This document shows positions 8,821 through 17,562 of a stretch of DNA of 64,000 nt, one piece after another. The position numbers and the translations under genes are program-made. The stretch lies in NCBI GenBank assembly GCA_016928155.1, contig JAFGLG010000007.1:58973-122972 (forward strand), written 5' to 3'. Numbering within the stretch: position 1 is the stretch's first letter; every line of letters begins with the position of its first letter. This stretch comes from Candidatus Woesearchaeota archaeon (lineage in GTDB: Archaea; Nanobdellota; Nanobdellia; Woesearchaeales; JAFGLG01). Under the pieces are notes generated by a model. That model was given only the letters and a program-made list of their open reading frames with translations, had not been told where the DNA came from and searched no databases.

Positions 8821-8885
8821 TTTCCCGAACAATCCTGATGTCTTGCCCTTGATTATGCTGTTTTCTGTTGACCTGCTGATGCTCT
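8821..8885. repeat. 65-bp direct repeat, copy 1 (orphan copy of the 3-prime end of the transporter gene)
   Basis: TTTCCCGAACAATCCTGATGTCTTGCCCTTGATTATGCTGTTTTCTGTTGACCTGCTGATGCTCT is identical to 10248..10312 apart from one T/C difference. Confidence 0.9.
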
Positions 8886-9024
8886 CTGGCCTAACTGTGA
8901 TGCATCTATGGCCATTATAGAAATCCTGGGATCAACTGTAAGAATCCGGCCAGGATATTATTGCATTTTCATCATCCCTGAGTGCTAATCAAATTATTTA
9001 AATAAGCTTCAGTGCGGGGTGTGT

Positions 9025-10209
9025 ATGGGAGTTTACTTCAAGGAGTCAATGTCCATCTTCATGAAGACATTGCCATTCATATTCATCAGGTTTGCACTCC
9101 AGTGTGCATTCCTTCTTGTGTCCCTGATTTACTTTGCGATACTTATCGGTATAACTATCCTGATCGGCAAGATGATGTCAGGGGACAAGCAGACCTTTGT
9201 CACAATCATCTTCTGGCTCTTTGCCCTGGGCGGGACATGGACAATGTGGAAGCTCTTCAAGAGCTATGTATATTATCTTGTGAAGTCTGCCCATGTTGCA
9301 GTAATCACTGAGATTGTTAGGGAAGGCAAGATGCCGCCTGCAGGGCAGGTGAAGTACGGCATTGCGAAAGTGAAGAAGAGATTCGTGTCCACTTCAGCCA
9401 TGTTTGTGCTTGACAAGATAATCAATGCAGTCATAAGAGGAATCAACCATGCAGTGAGCATGCTGACAGGATGGATACCCATACCTCAGGTGCAGCAGAT
9501 AATACGGCTGTTCATGAAGATACTGAATCTCGCTCTCTCCTATATCGATGAGGCCATCATGAGCTACATATACGGGCATGACGAGCTTGATGCGTGGACA
9601 GGTGCAAGGGACGGCATAATACTCTATTTCAAGAACTGGAAGCCGATACTCAAGACATCAGCATTTCTTGTGATATTCGGCATGATCCTCTCAGGAGCGA
9701 TGGTCGTGGTATTCTGGCTTATAGCAATACCTGTTGCAGCCATTCTTCCGGATAAGTTTGCGATACTGGCTTTCATCGGCCTGATGGTATTCGGCTACAT
9801 AATCAAGGCAGCTACAGTGAATCCTTTCATCCTGATATCCATAATTGTTACATATAATGAGTCGATAAAAGGCTATGAGCCTGATTATGAGACTCAGGCG
9901 AAACTTGAGCAGATGGTGCCGAAATTCAGGGAGATAACATCAAAGTCCCAGGGCGGTTCAAGAACAGCAGAGCCCCAGTCAGGCTTCAGATCCGCCCTGT
10001 CAGGGAGTCCATTGGGCGGGCTTGTCAGCAATATCGTGGGCTCATTTGAAGGCAATCTGACACCAGAAGAGAAGAAGCAGGTTGACACTCTTGTGCCTTT
10101 CATCAAGGATTCCAGGACTAAAGGTTTCAGTGATGATCAGATCAGGGAGTCGATAGCCAAGCAGGGTTACCCCCAGAAAGTCCTGAGCGAAGCATTCAAG
10201 AAAGCGTGA
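9025..10209 (+). CDS. multi-pass membrane protein, unknown function
   Basis: ORF 9019..10209. The ATG at 9025 lies about 25 nt downstream of TATA (ATTATTTAAATAA). It has several TM segments and a soluble C-terminal tail. Confidence 0.65.
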   Translation: MGVYFKESMSIFMKTLPFIFIRFALQCAFLLVSLIYFAILIGITILIGKMMSGDKQTFVTIIFWLFALGGTWTMWKLFKSYVYYLVKSAHVAVITEIVREGKMPPAGQVKYGIAKVKKRFVSTSAMFVLDKIINAVIRGINHAVSMLTGWIPIPQVQQIIRLFMKILNLALSYIDEAIMSYIYGHDELDAWTGARDGIILYFKNWKPILKTSAFLVIFGMILSGAMVVVFWLIAIPVAAILPDKFAILAFIGLMVFGYIIKAATVNPFILISIIVTYNESIKGYEPDYETQAKLEQMVPKFREITSKSQGGSRTAEPQSGFRSALSGSPLGGLVSNIVGSFEGNLTPEEKKQVDTLVPFIKDSRTKGFSDDQIRESIAKQGYPQKVLSEAFKKA

Positions 10210-10238
10210 AGGAATATCTGACTACATTATAAACTAAT

Positions 10239-11555
10239 TCATCTTTCTTTCCCGAACAATCCTGATGTCCTGCCCTTGATTATGCTGTTTTCTGTTGACC
10301 TGCTGATGCTCTTTGATCTCACCCATCGTGATCCATTGTAGAAATGCAAGAAGAACCGTTTCGGGAATGAGCTTAGCTTCTGGACCTGACCCCAAGGGTA
10401 GATGTTTGCAACAAGCTTCTTAGAGCCATTGTAGAGCTTGACAACAGGAGAAAGAGGATAATATGCTTCCTCGAAATAAACTCCTTTGATGATGAGCAGA
10501 GCCAGGTAAGCGAGCATTATGAGAGAAGTGAAGATGAAGAACAATGGAAAAGGGAATCCGAAGAATAACATGACGACAAGCACTGATGCGCTGAAGGCCC
10601 TGCCCAAGCCAAGCATGAATTCACGGATTATCAGCGAAGTTGACTTGTCCTCGACCTTGTCCAGCACAACAGCAAGGAAAAAAGGATAGATAAGGGTCTG
10701 CAGGAAGCCAAGCAATGCAGTCGCGATCAGCCATTTCTCCACAGAATCTGCGAAGAACAGATTTATCATAGCAGCAATCAGGAAGATTAGCAGAGGGAAG
10801 AAGAACTTCATCCTCTTATTATCCTTATCAGATATCCTTGTCACAATGAAAGTCGCGATGATGCTGATGAAGCCGATGAAAGAGAGATACAATGCATAGC
10901 TCATGCTCTCGCTGATGAATGTCAGGGTGTGTATGCTGACTGAGATGTAGATGATCTCCCAGGCTCCCTGCAGGAACTTGAGGCTCCTTATGCCTTTTGA
11001 TTTCCTGAATGCCTCGCGGAAATCATAGCTGACAAGGAACTCATCAATCCTTGACGCCTTGAAAATTATAAACAGCATCATGAGGGAGCCCAGGATTGTC
11101 AGGCTCCGGAAACCCAGATTATCAACAAAGAGACCGCTTATTATCGGGACAAATGTGCTAAGAAAAGCGCCGACAATTATGTAATGGCCTGCTGATGTGG
11201 CCCTGTTCATGCTGTGGCTGAAATGGAAATAACGGATATTGTATGATGTCCAGAAGAAGAAGATGAATATACCGAAGAGCGCGTAGAATATGTACAGGAA
11301 GACAGGCCTGGGTGGCAGAAGGAATATCAGGAGAGCGATCCATCTTGCAGACAGGCCGAATATCATGAAGCGCTTTGTGTCAAGGAACCTCGAGAAAAAA
11401 ATCAGGGCAGCAGGTATTGAGTATCCAAGCGCAGCAGCGCTGATGATCTGCAAAGGAGAGAAGTATTGTATCAGATAGACATAGAGCAGACAGAATGAGA
11501 GTATCTCAAATGAGGTATAGAGTTTCTGTATAGTGAATATCTGCCTGAGTTCCAT
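10239..11555 (-). CDS. MFS-like multi-pass transporter
   Basis: 438 aa with roughly 12 hydrophobic segments in two halves. The family assignment rests on topology only. Confidence 0.55.
   Translation of the reverse strand: MELRQIFTIQKLYTSFEILSFCLLYVYLIQYFSPLQIISAAALGYSIPAALIFFSRFLDTKRFMIFGLSARWIALLIFLLPPRPVFLYIFYALFGIFIFFFWTSYNIRYFHFSHSMNRATSAGHYIIVGAFLSTFVPIISGLFVDNLGFRSLTILGSLMMLFIIFKASRIDEFLVSYDFREAFRKSKGIRSLKFLQGAWEIIYISVSIHTLTFISESMSYALYLSFIGFISIIATFIVTRISDKDNKRMKFFFPLLIFLIAAMINLFFADSVEKWLIATALLGFLQTLIYPFFLAVVLDKVEDKSTSLIIREFMLGLGRAFSASVLVVMLFFGFPFPLFFIFTSLIMLAYLALLIIKGVYFEEAYYPLSPVVKLYNGSKKLVANIYPWGQVQKLSSFPKRFFLHFYNGSRWVRSKSISRSTENSIIKGRTSGLFGKER
10248..10312. repeat. 65-bp direct repeat, copy 2 (inside the 3-prime end of the 10239..11555 gene)
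   Basis: See copy 1. On the minus strand this copy encodes the last 20 or so residues (...STENSIIKGRTSGLFGKER). Confidence 0.9.
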
Positions 11556-11676
11556 TTATAAATGATTTAAAGGTCTATTATAATAAAGTTATCACAGCGC
11601 AGAGCCAATGTCTAGTATGGTGATTAAAAAAATTTATATATTAGTATAGATATTACTATATTAATTAAGTCAACAG

Positions 11677-12018
11677 ATGGTAAAGAGGGAGAATATGCAA
11701 AACACTAGAACATGCGACAAATGCAAACAGTCAATACCTATGACAGAGATAAAGATGTATCCCAAGGAAGGGGACAGGGTCTGGCTGGTGTGCAAGAAAT
11801 GCGTCGAGGAGCTGAAAAAGAAGACAGTCCACAAGCCGCTAAAGATGACAGCAGAAGACGAGACGACTCTCAAGCCTGTCGAGAAGAAACATATTCCTGG
11901 GAAGATCAAGGAAAACTATGTGTGCAAGAGATGCAAGTTCAATTTCTCCATCGACACTGACAAGCAGAAAGCAAGATGCCCATACTGCGGCAAGGATGAT
12001 ATCTCGCTGATAAGATGA
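11677..12018 (+). CDS. double zinc-ribbon protein
   Basis: CDKC...CKKC and CKRC...CPYC pairs in 113 aa. Confidence 0.55.
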   Translation: MVKRENMQNTRTCDKCKQSIPMTEIKMYPKEGDRVWLVCKKCVEELKKKTVHKPLKMTAEDETTLKPVEKKHIPGKIKENYVCKRCKFNFSIDTDKQKARCPYCGKDDISLIR

Positions 12019-12269
12019 AAAGGATAATAGTATCACTCTTGTTGCTTGCACTGATGGCGGGGTGCACAAAGGATTGCCAGCAAGTATGCTCTGAGATAGG
12101 GCCATCTGATTCTGCCCCAGAGATAACATCGCAAGAGCTGCAACAGGGATGGTATTATGGGGCTCTTGACCAGAAGAAACCAGGGACGCCTGACACATGG
12201 GTGCATGTCGGCGATGGCACAAGGAGCGCGATGTGGGCCTCTGCATCTGACCAGTGCGACTGCAATTGA
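12015..12269 (+). CDS. small lipoprotein
   Basis: MKRIIVSLLLLALMAGC lipobox-like signal. The start overlaps the previous stop (ATGA). Confidence 0.5.
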   Translation: MKRIIVSLLLLALMAGCTKDCQQVCSEIGPSDSAPEITSQELQQGWYYGALDQKKPGTPDTWVHVGDGTRSAMWASASDQCDCN

Positions 12270-12628
12270 CAAGATTTATTAATGAAACACCACTAGATGC
12301 AATCATGGAATGTCCGCATTGCCACAAGCCTGATTCCGGGGGGATATTGCGTCCTCTCAAGAACTGGAAGAAGCTTGAAGTCTCATGTGCTCACTGCAGG
12401 AAAAGCTATTATCTAGACCGGGCATATGTGCAGATTGCCCTTTCCGGAGTACTGCTGTCGACAATGCTTGTCTTTTTCCTGATCGTATCCTTTGCACTCT
12501 TTGTCCTTTCGAATGCATCATGGCCTTATGTTCTTGTTGCTGGCGTGCTGCTCTATGCAATCTTCACAATAAGGAACTTCTACAGGATACCAGTGCATAA
12601 GGAACAGAAAAAAGGTGAGCAACCATGA
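12254..12628 (+). CDS. zinc-ribbon membrane protein
   Basis: CPHC...CAHC followed by two TM segments. The start may be the internal MECPHC (12305). Confidence 0.5.
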   Translation: MRLQLTRFINETPLDAIMECPHCHKPDSGGILRPLKNWKKLEVSCAHCRKSYYLDRAYVQIALSGVLLSTMLVFFLIVSFALFVLSNASWPYVLVAGVLLYAIFTIRNFYRIPVHKEQKKGEQP

Positions 12629-12795
12629 GAATGCATCCCATCGCGGTGTTCTTCATCGCGCTAGCTCTAGGAGCAATGAGCATCTATCACATAATCAGGG
12701 GTATGATGCTGCTGGGCGTGCTGTTATTCGTCATTGCAGCAGTGCTCCTCGCTTTCACGCTGCCTGAGCCATCTGTCAAGAAGAAAAAGAAGTGA
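12625..12795 (+). CDS. 56-aa two-TM micro-protein
   Basis: The ATG overlaps the upstream stop (ATGA). Sequence is MRMHPIAVFFIALALGAMSIYHIIRGMMLLGVLLFVIAAVLLAF...KKKKK. It falls below the ORF-track cutoff. Confidence 0.35.
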   Translation: MRMHPIAVFFIALALGAMSIYHIIRGMMLLGVLLFVIAAVLLAFTLPEPSVKKKKK

Positions 12796-12902
12796 AGACA
12801 GCCGAAACACTTAAAAAGAGACGGGCTTCCTGCCTTACATCATATTGTGCATTTTTATCTGAGTTTCTCAGTTGAAATGTGTGATAAAAGAAAACAGAAG
12901 GA

Positions 12903-13094
12903 GTGATTTCCATCAAAATGAGAAGAAAAGAAACAAATGTAGAACAGATACAGAACAGCTTCAGGGATGAGTACATGATGTCCATCAGGCCGAAACATAA
13001 GGTCAATTGCTCAAAATGCGGCAAAGAAACAGAAGTGCCTTTCAAGCCCATCAAAGGCAAGCCTGTGTTCTGCAGGGAATGCTACCAAAGATAA
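12903..13094 (+). CDS. small zinc-ribbon protein
   Basis: CSKCGKETEVPFKPIKGKPVFCRECY, a CxxC...VPFxP...PVxCxxC motif. The exact start is uncertain. Confidence 0.5.
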   Translation: MISIKMRRKETNVEQIQNSFRDEYMMSIRPKHKVNCSKCGKETEVPFKPIKGKPVFCRECYQR

Positions 13095-13137
13095 TCTTTA
13101 TATAATCCTCTTTCTTAGGACAGGCTGAGGTGATCCC

Positions 13138-13272
13138 ATGGAAACAATCAGTCTGATGCTTTCAATAATAATAGGCATGCTCGCCGCCATTGTCTATAAT
13201 CTGAGGATGACAGTCCAGATGAATGAGAAGCTCGACAAGCTGCTGAAGCATCAGGGCATATCACTCAAGTGA
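13138..13272 (+). CDS. 44-aa single-TM micro-protein
   Basis: SD GAGGTGAT lies 5 nt upstream. Sequence is METISLMLSIIIGMLAAIVYNLRM... Confidence 0.35.
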   Translation: METISLMLSIIIGMLAAIVYNLRMTVQMNEKLDKLLKHQGISLK

Positions 13273-13287
13273 GAGTATCAGGTTATC

Positions 13288-13596
13288 ATGGGATGCAGAC
13301 AATGCGGCATTTGTTGCAAGCTGTTCATGATAAATCTTTCTGAGGAAGAGTATAAGTCAGGCAGGTACAGGACACAATTTGAGGAGTTCGGCATTGTCCC
13401 AGATTTTGCCGAGGCAGAGATGTGCGGGTGCAATGTCATTGCACAGCAGGAAGACGGGAGCTGCTATTATCTCAAAGATGGGAAGTGCTCAATACATGCT
13501 GATCGGCCTGAGGTCTGCAGGAAATTCTTCTGTTCAACTGATGATCCTAGCTATGCGGGGATGAGGGAGAAGATAAGGAAATACAAAATGGAATAG
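13288..13596 (+). CDS. YkgJ-family (UPF0153) cysteine-cluster protein
   Basis: CRQCGICC at the N-terminus plus DGKCSIHADRPEVCRKFFC. Confidence 0.75.
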   Translation: MGCRQCGICCKLFMINLSEEEYKSGRYRTQFEEFGIVPDFAEAEMCGCNVIAQQEDGSCYYLKDGKCSIHADRPEVCRKFFCSTDDPSYAGMREKIRKYKME

Positions 13597-13633
13597 ATTT
13601 AAATGTCTAATATCCTATATCCTATGATTGACA

Positions 13634-13879
13634 ATGACAAAAATATCGAAGAAAGCAGTCTATATAATCATGATTATAGGTATAATAGCCATATTTTGTT
13701 CAGCTATTGATCTATCTAAATTCTTCACAGGTAGAGACATAACAGAATCAGGGATGATTACGATATACAGAGCAGCCGGTCATCCTTGGGGGGAATTCCT
13801 AATGTTAGCCCTCGGTCTCCTACTGCTAACATTCTCATTAGTCGGAGGTTGGCCAGTCCTGTTCCCGAAGAAAATCTAG
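13634..13879 (+). CDS. small membrane protein
   Basis: Two TM segments. ATG at 13634 within ORF 13628..13879. Confidence 0.45.
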   Translation: MTKISKKAVYIIMIIGIIAIFCSAIDLSKFFTGRDITESGMITIYRAAGHPWGEFLMLALGLLLLTFSLVGGWPVLFPKKI

Positions 13880-13917
13880 ATTCTTGAACCTGCAATATCT
13901 GCACTCTTCAGATCGGG

Positions 13918-14007
13918 TCACCACCAACCCAATATCCTGCCTGCAATTAGTATGGCAAGCAGTGCCATCATGCTCCAGAAGACTATGCGCGGATTGTCAA
14001 AGAACAT
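13918..14007 (-). CDS. 29-aa hydrophobic micro-protein ending GWW
   Basis: MFFDNPRIVFWSMMALLAILIAGRILGWW. Its ATG shares one nucleotide with the upstream TGA (TGATG). Confidence 0.3.
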   Translation of the reverse strand: MFFDNPRIVFWSMMALLAILIAGRILGWW

Positions 14008-14099
14008 CACCACCACCCCATAAATCTTCCAACTGCCATCACAATAATGAGTATAAGGATTCCCCAGAGCATAAGACCCAAATCATTTGACTTCTTCAT
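14007..14099 (-). CDS. 30-aa hydrophobic micro-protein ending GWW
   Basis: MKKSNDLGLMLWGILILIIVMAVGRFMGWW. Its ATG overlaps the stop of the 95-aa ORF (ATGA). Confidence 0.3.
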   Translation of the reverse strand: MKKSNDLGLMLWGILILIIVMAVGRFMGWW

Positions 14100-14383
14100 C
14101 TTCTCACCATGTTCAGGTATATCACATATAAAAATATTGTCATGATGACAGTAAAAGGAAATATTATCCATTGCTTCTGTACAAGGCTGAGGTAATCTGA
14201 GAATGAGTTCACAAATGCAACAGAGGTTATCAAGCTAACCAATAATCCGAATATCTTCCGATTCTTTTTGAATTGTTGGATGAATATGTTTTGCATGAAG
14301 AAAGATTGGGGATATGGAATAAAAATCTTTTCCAGAAAAAACCGGAGGCTCTTCGAGAGTTCTTGTATCTGCAATACTAGCAC
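14096..14383 (-). CDS. small membrane protein
   Basis: 95-aa ORF with two hydrophobic segments. It is the first of three start/stop-overlapping minus-strand ORFs. Confidence 0.4.
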   Translation of the reverse strand: MLVLQIQELSKSLRFFLEKIFIPYPQSFFMQNIFIQQFKKNRKIFGLLVSLITSVAFVNSFSDYLSLVQKQWIIFPFTVIMTIFLYVIYLNMVRR

Positions 14384-14447
14384 TCTTTATCTGTAATATT
14401 TCCTGTAAAATCTTAATCTGATCTAAATTCTGTATGAAATTTTTTTT

Positions 14448-14579
14448 CATGAAGGTTGTCTCGGATACCAATGTCCTGATCTCTGCCACACTGTGGGAGG
14501 GTGAATCGCAGAAGATGCTCAGGCTGAGGTCTTTCCAATCCACCACAGGCCTGTGGGATATACATCTTTATATAGGCTG
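14448..14579 (+). pseudogene. N-terminal remnant of a PIN-domain toxin
   Basis: MKVVSDTNVLISATLWEGESQKML matches the N-terminus of PIN (PIN_3-like) toxins. The frame then ends after 43 codons, 16 nt before the next gene. Confidence 0.45.
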
Positions 14580-14595
14580 ATACCACATATATACC

Positions 14596-15144
14596 ATGAA
14601 AAAGTCCAAAGTAAACATGGCAAAATTCACAGGCAATGAGAAGGTAGTCCTGAAGAAAATCATTGAACAGGCCAAGATACCTGACCTGGAAATCGCCAAG
14701 AAGATGGGACTTTCGCAGCAATCTATCTTCAAGATAAGACACAAGCTAGAGGACCTGGGTGTAATAAAAGGGTACATGCCCATAATAGATTTCAAGAAGA
14801 TCGGAATCGAGACATTGGCTGTTGTCGGAGTCAAGCTCACCAGCTATATCTGGGACAAGTATTCAGAGGAGCAGATCTCAGAGAGGATACAGAAGATCCC
14901 CCATGTGATAACAGCTTACCGGATCCCAGAGTCAAGGATCTCTCACCTTCTTGTACTCGGATTCAAGAACACTGACCATAAAGACAGATACCTCATGAAG
15001 ATGCAGAACAAATTCTCAAAAGAAGTCGAGATTGTCCAAGTGTATCCCTTTTCTGTGGACAGGATAATAAAAGAGAGCCATATAGGGCTGCTTGGCACCA
15101 TCCTTGACCAAAAAGATACTTATGAATTCTTCCTGGATAACTGA
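14596..15144 (+). CDS. Lrp/AsnC-like HTH transcriptional regulator
   Basis: KVVLKKIIEQAKIPDLEIAKKMGLSQQSIFKIRHKLEDLGVIKGY HTH followed by a ligand-domain-sized C-terminus. Confidence 0.7.
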   Translation: MKKSKVNMAKFTGNEKVVLKKIIEQAKIPDLEIAKKMGLSQQSIFKIRHKLEDLGVIKGYMPIIDFKKIGIETLAVVGVKLTSYIWDKYSEEQISERIQKIPHVITAYRIPESRISHLLVLGFKNTDHKDRYLMKMQNKFSKEVEIVQVYPFSVDRIIKESHIGLLGTILDQKDTYEFFLDN

Positions 15145-15214
15145 CAGTGTCATGATGAATTCTAGCTGTTTTATACTACCATAATTAGTTATACCTGTCT
15201 CACCTAATATATGT

Positions 15215-15355
15215 ATGGTCATATCACAGGCGAGATGCAAGCACTGCAAGAAGGAAATGACAGGAAAGACAAAACTTATAGGGCTTGCATCTATCTGCCC
15301 TTTTTGTGAGAAACCAAGCGAAGAGATAAGCCTAAAAAGAGGTGAGGGTAATTGA
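15215..15355 (+). CDS. 46-aa zinc-ribbon micro-protein
   Basis: MVISQARCKHCKKEM...ICPFCEKP, with two CxxC pairs. Confidence 0.35.
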   Translation: MVISQARCKHCKKEMTGKTKLIGLASICPFCEKPSEEISLKRGEGN

Positions 15356-15517
15356 GCACATAAGCAATCTTAGGGCAAATTGCCCTAATTTTGCAATATC
15401 GAGGTGATCATAATGATGGATCTGGACATAGTGCCGTATGATGAGGATGTGTTCTGGGATTATATCAGAGGATTTGACATAATGGAGGATGAGGAAAATG
15501 TGGATAATAGATGCAGA

Positions 15518-15757
15518 TTATATGTATGAAGTCGAAGACAGAGAGGCAGGAAAATGGAAGAAGAGCAGAGAAGCGAATTCGATAGGATGTTTGACAATAT
15601 CAGCATAGTGAGCAGGAACAGGCTTGAACAGAGAGAGAAACGCTGGTGGTAGTCCCTGAAATATGAAAAAGCGCAAATGATCCGAGTTTTTCTTGGTGAA
15701 ATACACTAAGCCCTTTCTTATCAAGTCATCAGGAAATTCCTGACCATAATCAATCAT
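15518..15757 (-). CDS. hypothetical protein
   Basis: The only ORF longer than 60 aa in an otherwise unassigned gap of about 600 bp. No motif recognised. Confidence 0.3.
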   Translation of the reverse strand: MIDYGQEFPDDLIRKGLVYFTKKNSDHLRFFIFQGLPPAFLSLFKPVPAHYADIVKHPIEFASLLFFHFPASLSSTSYI

Positions 15758-15948
15758 AGATGTTCTTCCTATGGCATATCACAGACACAATGTTTTTTCT
15801 TCTTTTTCATTTACAGATCCGCCTTTTTTATTCTAGCTCTTGCTTTATCAATAGAGGTTAATGTTTTTCTGCTCAATTTCTGAGTGATTATCCTTATACG
15901 TGAGCGCCATTAATATTTATTTGTTCACACGAAAAAACCAGAAGAAAT

Positions 15949-16308
15949 TCACTCCTGCTCAACATCAAGAACATCATAGCGTATGTTCTTTATCTTCCAC
16001 ATGTTCTCAGTGAACCAGATGCTCGGCCTGCAGGACTCGCTGTCGCCTAAAGAAAAATTGACAGACTTTCCATCATTACAAGAGACGGTCCTGGGATGAT
16101 CGCATGCGACATCAAAGCTGAAGAAATGGAAATAGAATATAGTGTGGTACTTTATGCAAGTCCCGCAACTGAAATCACCAGTTGAAGAAGGCGCGCAAAG
16201 GCAGGACTGCCTATTGCATTCTGTGTTTGCAGGAACAAGAAAACCAGCTATCAAGCCAAGAACAACAACAGCAAGTGCAATCAATGAATACAAAAGACTC
16301 CTTATCAT
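15949..16308 (-). CDS. N-terminally anchored Cys-rich protein
   Basis: The start at MIRSLLYSLIALAVVVLGLIAGF (16308) lies about 25 nt downstream of a TATA. The longer ORF to 16392 would cover the divergent promoter. Confidence 0.5.
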   Translation of the reverse strand: MIRSLLYSLIALAVVVLGLIAGFLVPANTECNRQSCLCAPSSTGDFSCGTCIKYHTIFYFHFFSFDVACDHPRTVSCNDGKSVNFSLGDSESCRPSIWFTENMWKIKNIRYDVLDVEQE

Positions 16309-16381
16309 AGTATGTGAAAACAAGGCTTCTTTTATAAATGTTTCAGAAAGATTTAATATAAATGCCAAATCCCACCCCATA

Positions 16382-17521
16382 ATGGAACCCATCCTGAAAG
16401 ATGTAGAGAGAAGAAGCTATCAGGGGAGATTCAAGATAGAGATGGATGTGCCAAGCACATCAACACTGACTGATTCTGAAATTGAGAAAACACTGGCGCT
16501 TGCAAGCTGGGAAGTGGATCCAGGGATTTATCCAGGAGAAGGAGGGAGAGACATCCTGGTGCCGAGAGCAAATGGGATGGTGCTCCAGATCAGCGGGATA
16601 GGATACAGAAGGATGACAGCACATGCAGGACAACTGCATATACCTTCATCAGAATTCCATCCGCCATCAGAAGAGAACTTCATGGACAGCATGACAGGAA
16701 CATTGATGACAACAAGCTACGCAGTCGGGAACAGTATAGTAAATTCACAGCCAAAGTACAGAGCATTAGGGACATACACACCTGATGAATTAGAAGAGAA
16801 AGTCCTGAAGACACAGGAAATATCAAGATCAGCATTCACAAAGATGAGAGTGCCAAGAGTAGAAGCATATGGAAGATTTGAGAACGGCACTGGATTCATG
16901 GCAGTCACAGTGCCAGAAGGGAAAAGGCTTGCAGCAGAGATGGTCAATGACCTTCTTGCCAGCTCCAACAACACAGTCCAAGTCGTGATGGACTACTGGT
17001 ACAGGTCAGCTCCCAAGATATTGATGTTTGTTGTTGCGCTGAGAGAACTCCATGATAAAGGATATGCACACCTCCAAGCTCATCTCTCGAATGTCTACAT
17101 AAGAGACAGGCCATATGTGGTTGACTGGGCCACGATGAGGCCCATCGGAACAGGACAGCAGGAAGTTCTGCACAGGACAATGGACCTCAAGAAACCAGCA
17201 GACAATTATGTTGCAGCGTTGACCTCACTATTCGTTCTGCCAGAAAAATTCCGGGTCAAGTTTGGGATGATAGTGCAAGAAGCAGTCATGGAAGCATACT
17301 CGAGAAGCAATAAGGAGATAAAACTGCTTGAAGAAGGAGAGAAAGCTATGCAAGCATTAAGGAAAGACCCTACTGAATTCGAGATAATGGCCCACTGGAT
17401 GAGAAATGAGCTCAATAGGGATGATGCAAACGAATCCAGAGCAAAGAAGAAAGAAAAGATAGGAAGAAATGACCCGTGCCCGTGCGGATCAGGGGCCAAA
17501 TTTAAAAAGTGCTGCGGGTAG
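16382..17521 (+). CDS. SEC-C-motif protein with a possible kinase-like core
   Basis: C-terminal GRNDPCPCGSGAKFKKCCG is a SEC-C metal-binding motif. LHDKGYAHLQAHLSNVYI...VVDWATM loosely resembles a kinase-fold catalytic loop that lacks the Asp. The start at 16382 follows TATA ATTTAATATAAA. Confidence 0.65.
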   Translation: MEPILKDVERRSYQGRFKIEMDVPSTSTLTDSEIEKTLALASWEVDPGIYPGEGGRDILVPRANGMVLQISGIGYRRMTAHAGQLHIPSSEFHPPSEENFMDSMTGTLMTTSYAVGNSIVNSQPKYRALGTYTPDELEEKVLKTQEISRSAFTKMRVPRVEAYGRFENGTGFMAVTVPEGKRLAAEMVNDLLASSNNTVQVVMDYWYRSAPKILMFVVALRELHDKGYAHLQAHLSNVYIRDRPYVVDWATMRPIGTGQQEVLHRTMDLKKPADNYVAALTSLFVLPEKFRVKFGMIVQEAVMEAYSRSNKEIKLLEEGEKAMQALRKDPTEFEIMAHWMRNELNRDDANESRAKKKEKIGRNDPCPCGSGAKFKKCCG

Positions 17522-17562
17522 ACAACAATAATGCATATAAACCCTAATCAGTCCGTGACAAC

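Noticed and set aside
16142-16381. Upstream extension of the SEC-C protein ORF (459-aa version)
   Set aside because: The extension overlaps the divergent gene and both TATA boxes. The Met at 16382 sits at the proper distance from a TATA, and the sequence looks natural only from that point on.
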